Of a stretch of 64,000 nt of DNA, positions 53,601 through 64,000 are shown piece after piece. The stretch is from Eledone cirrhosa (taxonomy: Eukaryota). The stretch is taken from positions 286,936,001 through 287,000,000 of the forward strand of contig OZ024740.1 in the NCBI GenBank assembly GCA_964016885.1, in the 5' to 3' direction. Under the pieces are notes generated by a model. The model made no database searches, was not told where the DNA came from, and saw nothing but the letters and a program-made list of their open reading frames with translations. A program made the position numbers and the translations under genes. Every line of letters begins with the position of its first letter. The stretch's first letter is position 1.

Positions 53601-56600
53601 CACCACCAACACCACCAACACTACCAACACCACCAACACCACCAACACCACCAACACTACCAACACCACCAACACTACCAACACCACCAACACCACCAAC
53701 ACCACCAACACCACCAACACTACCAACACCACCAACACCACCAACACCACCAACACCACCAACACTACCAACACCACCAACACCACCAACACCACCAACA
53801 CCACCAACACTACCAACACCACCAACACCACCAACACCACCAACACCACCAACACTACCAACACCACCAACACCACCAACACCACCAACACCACCAACAC
53901 TACCAACACCACCAACACCACCAACACCACCAACACCACCAACACTACCAACACCACCAACACCACCAACACCACCAACACCACCAACACCACCAACACC
54001 ACCAACACCACCAACACCACCAACACTACCAACACCACCAACACCACCAACACCACCAACACCACCAACACTACCAACACCACCAACACCACCAACACCA
54101 CCAACACCACCAACACTACCAACACCACCAACACCACCAACACCACCAACACCACCAACACTACCAACACCACCAACACCACCAACACCACCAACACTAC
54201 CAACACTACCAACACCACCAACACTACCAACACCACCAACACCACCAACACCACCAACACTACCAACACCACCAACACCACCAACACTACCAACACCACC
54301 AACACCACCAACACTACCAACACCACCAACACCACCAACACCACCAACACCACCAACACCACCAACACTACCAACACCACCAACATCACCAACACCACCA
54401 ACACTACCAACACCACCAACACTACCAACACCACCAACACCACCAACACCACCAACACCACCAACACTACCAACACCACCAACACCACCAACACCACCAA
54501 CACCACCAACACTACCAACACTACCAACACCACCAACACCACCAACACTACCAACACCACCAACACCACCAACACCACCAACACCACCAACACTACCAAC
54601 ACCACCAACACTACCAACACCACCAACACCACCAACACTACCAACACTACCAACACTACCAACACTACCAACACCACCAACACCACCAACACCACCAACA
54701 CCACCAACACCACCAACACTACCAACACTACCAACACCACCAACACCACCAACACTACCAACACCACCAACACCACCAACACCACCAACACCACCAACAC
54801 TACCAACACCACCAACACTACCAACACCACCAACACCACCAACACTACCAACACCACCAACACCACCAACACCACCAACACTACCAACACTACCAACACT
54901 ACCAACACCACCAACACTACCAACACTACCAACACCACCAACACCACCAACACCACCAACACCACCAACACTACCAACACTACCAACACTACCAACACCA
55001 CCAACACCACCAACACTACCAACACTACCAACACCACCAACACCACCAACACTACCAACACCACCAACACCACCAACACTACCAACACCACCAACACCAC
55101 CAACACCACCAACACCACCAACACCACCAACACTACCAACACCACCAACACCACCAACACCACCAACACCACCAACACTACCAACACTACCAACACCACC
55201 AACACTACCAACACCACCAACACCACCAACACCACCAACACCACCAACACCACCAACACTACCAACACTACCAACACTAACAACACCACCAACACTACCA
55301 ACACCACCAACACTACCAACACCACCAACACTACCAACTCCACTAACACTACCAACACTACCAACACCACCAACACCACCAACACTACCAACACCACCAA
55401 CACTACCAACACCACCAACACCACCAACACCACTAACACTACCAACACCACCAACACTACCAACACCACCAACACTACCAACACCACCAACACCACCAAC
55501 ACCACCAACACCACCAACACCACCAACACTACCAACACTACCAACACCACCAACACTACCAACACCACCAACACCACCAACACCACCAACACCACCAACA
55601 CCACCAACACCACCAACACTACCAACACTACCAACACTAACAACACCACCAACACTACCAACACCACCAACACTACCAACACCACCAACACTACCAACTC
55701 CACTAACACTACCAACACCACCAACACTACCAACACCACCAACACTACCAGCACCACCAACACCACCAACATCACCAATACCACCAACACTACCAACACC
55801 ACCAACACCACCAACACTACCAACTCCACTAACACTACCAACACCACCAACACCACCAATACTACCAACACCACCAACACTACCAACACCACCAACACCA
55901 CCAACACCATCAACACCACCAACACCACCAACATCACCAATACCACCAACACTACCAACACCACCAACACCACCAACACTACCAACACTACCAACACTAA
56001 CAACACCACCAACACTACCAACACCACCAACACTACCAACACCACCAACACTACCAACTCCACTAACACTACCAACACCACCAACACTACCAACACCACC
56101 AACACTACCAACACCACCAACACCACCAACATCACCAATACCACCAACACTACCAACACCACCAACACCACCAACACTACCAACTCCACTAACACTACCA
56201 ACACCACCAACACCACCAACACTACCAACACCACCAACACCACCAACACCACCAACACCACCAACACCACCAACACCACCAACACTACCAACACTACCAA
56301 CACTAACAACACCACCAACACTACCAACACCACCAACACTACCAACACCACCAACACCACCAACACTACCAACACTACCAACACTAACAACACCACCAAC
56401 ACTAACAACACCACCAACACTACCAACACCACCAACACTACCAACACCACCAACACTACCAACACCACCAACACTACCAACTCCACTAACACTACCAACA
56501 CCACCAACACTACCAACACCACCAACACTACCAACACCACCAACACCACCAACATCACCAATACCACCAACACTACCAACACCACCAACACCACCAACTC

Positions 56601-56910
56601 CACTAACACTACCAACACCACCAACACCACCAATACTACCAACACCACCAACACTACCAACACCACCAACACCACCAACACCATCAACACCACCAACACC
56701 ACCAACATCACCAATACCACCAACACTACCAACACCACCAACACCACCAACACTACCAACTCCACTAACACTACCAACACCACCAACACCACCAACACTA
56801 CCAACTCCACTAACACTACCAACACCACCAACACCACCAACACTACCAACTCCACTAACACTACCAACACTACCAACACCACCAACACCACCAACACCAT
56901 CAACACCAAC
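50661..56910. repeat. 9-bp tandem array (AACAC[C/T]ACC)n, ~700 units
   Basis: Directly visible; triplet phase is preserved throughout. Confidence 0.98.
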
Positions 56911-56920
56911 TCTACCATAA

Positions 56921-57243
56921 TCTATATATCTAAAATAGAGAATGTATGTCTGTCTGTCTGACTCCCTAAAACTCGAGAACCATCCAACCGAATGTTTTCA
57001 AACTTTTCACATGTAATACTTATGGTCCTGTGAGTGTTTTGAGCAAAAGATATTTCAAATTTTCAATGCCCTAGGGACCGCATTAGGGAATTTAGCGATC
57101 TCTCTCTATTATTCTTTGTCATTCTTTTTAGATAGATACATAGATATAACGTTGCGCCCTTATAATACATGTCTGTATGTCTGGCTGTCTGCATTACGAC
57201 ATTATGACGCTGTGTGTGTGTGTGTATATATATGTATATTTTA

Positions 57244-57309
<66 letters not shown>

Positions 57310-57421
57310 TGTAACGTTTTTCGAAATATTTACTTCTGCGTTCACAGATTGATTTTTTTAGTTTCAGAAGATCCCGTTAAGGGTGAAAGCAACGATTCTT
57401 TGCTTAAACTTTAATCTGTTA

Positions 57422-57457
<36 letters not shown>

Positions 57458-57599
57458 TATATTCGTGTACAGATATTTTTGCATACACAATAACAAAATA
57501 TAAACGTATTTATTTCACGAGGCTCAATAAGGATAAATATATATCAAATATATAAGAACCCTAGAGCAAATCCCGAGCAACGCCGGGCCATTCTGCTAG
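56921..57599 (+). mobile_element. Non-autonomous Helitron
   Basis: Inserted between A and T with no TSD; 5' TCTATATAT; 3' hairpin CCCGAGCAACGCCGGG followed ~9 nt later by CTAG. Confidence 0.9.
57360..57410 (+). ncRNA. Degenerate type I hammerhead-ribozyme-like motif (PLE-associated type)
   Basis: Stem I AGTTT/AAACT, core CAGAAGA (consensus CUGANGA), stem II CCC/GGG, GAAA, stem III GCAA/TTGC, UH triplet CTT. Confidence 0.45.
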
Positions 57600-58255
57600 T
57601 TATTACAAACACCACCCTCACCACCACGGATGCCACCAATACCACTACTACCACTGCCATTACCACTACCACTGATATCATCACCAATATCACCAACACC
57701 ATTACTATCATCATCATTATAAGCATCGTTGCTATTTGCCTCATAGCCCTCGTAATCAACGCCATTATCATGCTCAGCCAACACCCCACCACCACCACCA
57801 CTGCCACTGCCACTACCACTACTATGACCACGAACACTACAACCAACAAAACCATCACCACCCACACCGTTACCATTACCACCACCACCACCACCCCCAC
57901 TACCACTGCTGTTACCACCACCACCACCACTGTAACCACTGCCACTATCACAATCATTACCATGACTTCTACCACCAACAAAACCATCACCACCACCATT
58001 GCCACAACTACCACCACCACCACCACTGCCATTGCTGCCACCACCACTGTCTCCATCACTGACACCACCACTACCACTGCTGCCACCACGACCACCACTG
58101 CTGTTACCACCACCATCGCTGCCACCACCACAACCACTGCTGTCGCCACCACCATCGCTGCCATCACCACAACCACTGCGGCTGCCACTGCCACCACCAC
58201 CACCACCACCACCACCACCACTGCTACCACCACCACCATCATCATCAACAATAAC
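57600..58255. repeat. Degenerate (ACC/ACT/GCC/ATC)n tract continuing the array beyond the Helitron
   Basis: Directly visible. Confidence 0.85.
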
Positions 58256-59889
58256 ATCCTCCTTTTTTATGTTGCATATGACATAATAAAACTATTTCCT
58301 TCCCAATGTCCTATCCCTCATCCTGGCAGACTATTGCTCTGATAACATAGGATATGCTGCAGTCATTGAAGCATTTATAAATAAATGATGAACAAACACA
58401 ACAGAAGGACATAAATCAGTTTAAATAGACAGACAATCTTTCAACCCCAGTGTTTATATTTTCTTTCTCTCTATTCATAATGCCATTTTAATATTGATTG
58501 CTTCATTAGGCTCAGTGGTGAGTCGAGCCTATTGCAACCTCTCACTTGCAGTGTCTTAGTCATATTCTAGCCAGCTCTGTCCTGGAATGAGAGTGGGGAT
58601 TAACAGATAGTAATAGCTCTTGTTGAGGTGAAAAATTAGCAGAGTTGTTAGAATGTTGGATAAATTGCTTTGTGGTATTCATTCCACCTCTCTGCTATTT
58701 GAGTTCAAATCCTGCCAAGGTCAACTTTATTTTTCATCCACTCAAGGTTGATAAAAAAAGTACCAATCAAGTGCTGGAGTTGATTTTTCCTCTATCTTTC
58801 TCACTTCCTTTCTCTCACTTTCTCTCCTTTTCTGGAAGAAATCTGCTGTACTCAGGCCTGGTGAAGGATAAGCTCTGCCAAGCTTAAAATGCCCGAGTAG
58901 CATCATATGTTACAACGGTGCCCCCACGACTCCATCAGGAGTTACAGGACTTAAAGAAAGAAAAGAATAGCTGTTATTGTTGTTGTTATTGTCCAAACAA
59001 GAGGGTAGTGGATTAGCAGAACCAGTACTGCACTGGACAAAGTGCTTTGCAGTATTTAATTCTGACTTTCTATGTTCTGAGTTCAAATCCCGCTGAAATC
59101 AACTTTGTCTTTCATCTTTTTGGTTTCAGTATACTAAAGTATCAATGAAGTACTAAGGGTCGATTTAATTGACATTCTCCTCCACCAAATTACTGGCCTT
59201 GTGCCCAAATTAGAAATCATTATTGTTCAAACAATCTGAAAGCCAGCTGTTAGTAAAACAAAAAAAGTGGAACAAAAAAGTGTTTTTTGTTATTGTTGTC
59301 ATTGTCCTCGTCATCCCCCCCCTCCCCCCTCCTCCTCCTCCTCCTCATCATCATCATCATCTACAAGGTGAAGGCCTCCCCAACCCAATGCTAACTGTTC
59401 TTCTGTGCTGCTCTCGCCCATGTAATGTCCATAAACTTATGCAAAAGAAATTTTAATTCATGAATACATATATACACTGGTTTCTACAACATATGAATCA
59501 CACTATTGACTTTATAAACATGAACATATGTATATTACAATTCCTACAAACACATTTATATAAGCCTTGTTTTTATTAATGCTGTAATTTGAATCTTGTT
59601 AACTTTTCTATCCATGAACAACTATCCATTTTCAAACCTATACTTTACAATATTTTGAAGTACATGTACTATAACTTTGAAATTATAGTTCCACTCAAAC
59701 CAAAAAGAAGTCTACCTTTCTTTTGGTATATATAAAGGAAAATGGAAATATGTAACTTTATTGTTGTTATTCTAGTGCATCTTTTTTTTCTACAAGCATC
59801 TATAAATCTTTTTCTTGTCATCTCTCTCTCCATTATTTTATGTATTGGCAATTCTGACTTTGTGTTCATGAGTTTTATATCGAATAATA

Positions 59890-60502
59890 ATTATTTCTAC
59901 TATAGGCATAAGGCCAGCAATTTGGGGGAGGGAAAAGTTGATTAAATTGACCCCGGTGTATTACTGGTGCTTTATTTTATCGACCCTGCAAGGACGAAAG
60001 GCAAAGCTAACCTTGGCAGGATTTGAACTCAGAACGTAAAGGACCATAACTCTATGCTACAAAGCATGATGTCTGACACTCTACTGATACTGCCAATCTG
60101 CCACCCTATTTATATCAAATAACAATTGTTTCTACTTTTGGCACAAGGCCAGCAATTATCCCAGTGCATTACTAGTACTTTATTTTATCGACCACGTAAG
60201 GATGAAAGGCAAAGTTCACCTCGGCGGGATTTGGACTCAGAATGGCAAGGGCCGTAACTCTATGCTGTGAAGTATGGCGTCCGACCCTCTACCGATACTG
60301 CCAATCCCCCGCCAAATAATAATTGTTTCTACTTTTAGCACAAGGCCAGCAATTACCCAGTGCATTACTGGTACTTTATTTTATCGACCCCGTAAGGATG
60401 AAAGGCAAAGTTAACCTCGGCGGGATTTGAACTCAGACCGCAAAGGGACGTAACTATGCTGGAAAGCATGGCGTCCGACCCTCTACCGATACTGCCAATC
60501 CA
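59890..60502 (-). mobile_element. Three head-to-tail SINE family B copies (59890-60106, 60124-60313, 60321-60502)
   Basis: Each matches the reverse complement of 40098-40281. Confidence 0.9.
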
Positions 60503-60702
60503 CATAATAATATTTGATTTGTTTGCAAGCAAACAGCCTCATTGCGCTGTTTATTAGATGACCATTGCCATCCTTTTGTTCTAGCGGTGACACAGAGAAA
60601 CAATCAATAATATTGTTTCTGGGTTATTGCCCTTCGTCAAGATTGCGTATCACTTTTCTGTCACTCACTAGAACTCTTGACAATATATAGTATTCTCTAA
60701 AG

Positions 60703-60940
60703 CAGGCATGTCAAACTGAGGGTCCCCCTCCAAGGGTCACATGGGTCACATATGTGCTGTCTGAGGGCCACACACGACAACTAATTGCGCACATTTCAAC
60801 AATTTAAAAAAATCTTATATTACGAATATAAAACATGCTCGCACTGTAAAAGCCTGTGTGGGCCGCAGGTGTGCTTGTAAAGGGCCGTGGGCTGCAGGTG
60901 TGCTTGTAAAGGGCCGTGGGTCGCATGTTTGACATGCCTG
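60703..60940. mobile_element. hAT (Charlie-like) MITE
   Basis: TIRs CAGGCATGTCAAAC / GTTTGACATGCCTG; perfect 8-bp TSD CTCTAAAG. Confidence 0.95.
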
Positions 60941-61253
60941 CTCTAAAGTATACATTGGTTGATTAACCTAATTTCTGTCACTCACTAGAACTTTTGAGAA
61001 TATATAGTATTCTCTAAATTATACATTGGCTGATTAACCTAATTTGCATACTGAACAATTTCAAGGCTGGCTTTGCCGAAAATTAAAAGCAAAATTAGAA
61101 TTTGGTTTTTTGCTCTAATATAGCGGATACATAAATATATTCATGAGTTTTATATCAAATAATAATATTATTCAATTCATTTGATGGTGATGGTCATCTA
61201 ATAAACATGGTGTAATGAAGCTGTTTGCTTGCAAATGAATTAAATACTATTCG

Positions 61254-61427
61254 ATTGGCAGTATCGGTAGACGGTCGCACACCATGCTTTGACGCATAGA
61301 GTTACGGCCCTTTCCATTCTGAGTTCAAATCCCCCCGAGGTTAACTTTGCCTTACGGGGTCGATAAAATAAAGTACCAGTAATGCACTGGGTATTTGCTG
61401 GCCTTGTGCTAAAAGTAGAAACAATTA
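61254..61427 (+). mobile_element. SINE family B
   Basis: Matches 40098-40281 with a short deletion. Confidence 0.9.
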
Positions 61428-61502
61428 TTTGATATAAAACTTATGAATACATTTATGTATCTGCTATGTTAGAGCGAAAAACTAAATTCTAAAAAAAAAA
61501 AT

Positions 61503-61690
61503 TGTTATTACTTTTGGCACAAGGCCAACAATTACCCCAGTGCATTACTGGTACTTTATTTTATCAAACCCGTAAAGATGAAAGGCAAATTTAACCTCAG
61601 CAGGATTTGAACTCAGACAGTAAAGGAATGTAACTCTATGTTGCAAAGCATGGCGTCCAACCCTCTACTGATACTGCCAATCCACCACCC
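61503..61690 (-). mobile_element. SINE family B
   Basis: Matches reverse complement of 40098-40281. Confidence 0.9.
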
Positions 61691-61729
61691 AATAATAATA
61701 ATAAAATTATGCTGACATCAAACACTCAC

Positions 61730-61787
61730 CTTGTCAGGACGTTTCTCTCCATCTAATGGAGACCTTAGGTCTCCGGTTGAGGCCTGG
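61730..61787 (-). CDS. Candidate 58-nt internal exon of an unidentified - strand gene (xQASTGDLRSPLDGEKRPDK)
   Basis: Long polypyrimidine tract plus TTTCAG acceptor, consensus AAG|GTGAGT donor, GC-richer than flanks, only one frame stop-free. Confidence 0.6.
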
Positions 61788-62100
61788 CTGAAAGATGAAA
61801 TAAAATGGAAATAAAATAAAAAAAATGTATAATAAATAGTTTTAAAAAAACGTTGTTGTTGTTGTGGTTGTTGTTGTTGTTGTTGTGGTGGTGGTGGTTG
61901 TGGTGCTGAGATGTTTCTGATTGAGCATTTACAAATCAAACAAGCTTCTGATTGCACAGCAGAAGCATGTGTTTACAAACACATTCAACAAGATTGAACA
62001 GCACAATATGTATTTTACAAGTTCATTAATATTTTCTAAATTGCTTTACATTGGTGATCTTGACATTTGATGAATTATCTCTGTTTTTTTAACTGACTAA

Positions 62101-62316
62101 CTACCACATATGAAATCATTCAAATTTATGAATGGCACGTGCAATGCTTGCCATACCCTAGTTACACTTCTGCAAATGAAGAAATGTAGATAGACACGGC
62201 CAATACTTTACCTGATGGTGTAAGAATGGCTTGTTGAAGCAGTATTTAGGTTAATCTTACATGGGGATGATAGCAGTAAATTTAAACATAAATTTGAATG
62301 ATTTCATATATGGCAG
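62101..62316. mobile_element. MITE-like element with 30-bp inverted ends
   Basis: ctaccacatatgaaatcattcaaatttatg ... cataaatttgaatgatttcatatatggcag; no clear TSD. Confidence 0.6.
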
Positions 62317-63239
62317 GAAAGCGGGGTACCACTTGGACTAGGAGCACGTTCTATTAAAGTCAAATAAGCCTCGTAGGAGAGTGAAAAAAGAAACTCCTTC
62401 AGATGTATGATCTGTCTTTGATTATAAAGAGTGAGAACACTATGGTGGCTGGATCATTAAACCATTTATATAAATTATTAGACCTACAGGTAAAAATACA
62501 GTGCTGGGTAGGGGCGCAATTTCACTGCTTGCCATAGGCACTATTTTCATAGTTATGCCTCTGTTCATTTGTAGTGTGGTTTTATATTATGGATGATCAA
62601 GCACATCCTCACTTTTACCATGAACAACAGCTAATTTTCTGTCTCACCTGACTAGAATTAATAATTGTCTTGTTTTATTTTAGTAACACTGCCCTATCCT
62701 GAAAATCTCACACTGATAAACACCCTCCCACTCTGTTCACAACCCTGTCCATCTTCACACATGCATACACACACACACACACACACTACTTATCTATTAT
62801 ACACACACACCATCATGTTTTATTTACACCACATGATATTTATTTGTTGTTGTTTGACTTCATGATCAAGGCAAACAAGTTATGTCCATCTTGTATTTCT
62901 CTTGGCCAATACATCCCTAGGAAAACATTATCTAAAGTGTGTTCCTTTTTAAAGATAAAAATATATGAATCCCCACCCGACTTGATTAAGAACCCGTGCT
63001 TCTTGTGATTTCTTTTTCTGCTACAAATAGCAACCAAATCTCATTGATTTAATTCGACAAAAGCTAGTTAATGTAGCCCAACAAACCCACAAAAGACAAG
63101 ATGCTCAAGGTTGGGATACCTTTGATCACAGGTTTGCTCAATAAAAGTTTACCTGGGGTTAAACAACAGTAATATTATTGAGTCAATGAGCTAGTCTCTA
63201 CTCAAGATATAAGTGATGAAGGTGAATCAGTAGAGAAGG

Positions 63240-63600
63240 CTGAAAAGAAAGGAAATGATAATGATTTGGTTGATGAGTGGAGTATGGCTCAGAGAGAGAA
63301 AGACAAACAATGAATTGCAAAGGATGATGGGAACAGAGCCAGTGATGAATGTTGTGAAGAGAAATGGCCTAAGATGGTTGGGTCATGTTTTGAGGAAGGA
63401 TGCAGGTATTTGGGTGAGAGGAGTGATGCAAATGATTGTGATTGGAACTAGAGGAAGGGGAAGACCAAGAAAAACATGACTGGGGAAGATGGAGTAAGAA
63501 ATGAAAGCTGGGGAGTTGGTGAAGGCGGGGATGTAGACAATAGGGCAAAGTGGTGAAGCTTGTCATAGGGTTTGCTTTAGCAAGGAGAAATGGCCTTAAA
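63240..63600 (+). mobile_element. Old RTE-type LINE 3' fragment
   Basis: LRWLGHVLRKD...GTRGRGRPRKT. Confidence 0.75.
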
Positions 63601-64000
63601 ATATTTATTGTTTTTTGAGCAAGTCCCTACTCAGTTGTTTGACCTGCTAGAAATAGCCACAAGATTCTACTCATATCACACCCTACCAATTAAAAAAAAC
63701 AAGAAAAAAAAAACGATGGATACATTGGATATTGTAGATGTATGTATGGACCTGTAACTCCTGAGGGAGTTGTATGGGTGTTGTATTGTCATACAACATT
63801 TCTGGGGTATTTTTTAAGAACCTGGCAGAACCCATCTCTCTATGTGTGAATAAAAGAGATTTTTTCCAGAGAAGAATAGAGAGAGAGAGAGAGAGAGGAA
63901 GTGAGAAAGAGGTATAGAGGAAGAATCGACTCCAGTACTAGACTGGTACTTTTTTATCGACCTCGAATGGATGAAAGGCAAAGGTGACCTTGGTGGGATC

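Noticed and set aside
50525-56920. 2131-aa Pro/Thr/Leu ORF and the antisense 2085-aa Val/Leu ORF as genes
   Set aside because: They are open because of repeat composition, begin at non-ATG or incidental starts, have no domains, and the main variant is non-synonymous in the Pro/Leu frame
61758-61774. Back-to-back BsaI sites suggesting a cloning artefact
   Set aside because: No vector sequence nearby; it lies in a plausible natural exon
62212-62370. Second - strand exon ending at CAG|GTAAAG
   Set aside because: The donor lies inside a TIR-bounded element, and the candidate frames are not convincingly coding

Overview
AT-rich eukaryotic (metazoan) genomic DNA. The repeat content (tRNA-derived SINEs and RTE-type LINEs with (GAT)n tails, dense microsatellites) looks cephalopod/octopus-like, which is an inference. 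The first 11 kb holds the last five coding exons of a + strand VPS4 AAA+ ATPase gene (stop at 10347-10349). The rest is mostly repeat: a compact degenerate Ty3/Gypsy element with both LTRs, RTE-type LINEs (several 5'-inverted, one family with a PHD finger inside the RT), CRE-like and Penelope-like remnants, two SINE families, piggyBac-type and hAT MITEs, and a non-autonomous Helitron. A ~6.25 kb 9-bp tandem array lies at 50.7-56.9 kb, and one orphan canonical exon is on the - strand at 61730-61787. The most unusual observations are: (i) the 9-bp array reads as ~700 Asn-X-Thr sequons with mostly synonymous variation, and removing the Helitron rejoins this frame to a TM-like segment; (ii) a pre-tRNA-Arg 3' half fused to a SINE inside one TSD; (iii) a hammerhead-ribozyme-like fold; (iv) a 282-bp templated insertion copied from 2 kb away; (v) many retroelement fragments bounded by (TA)n. 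All calls were made by eye without searches, and boundaries of old repeats are approximate.
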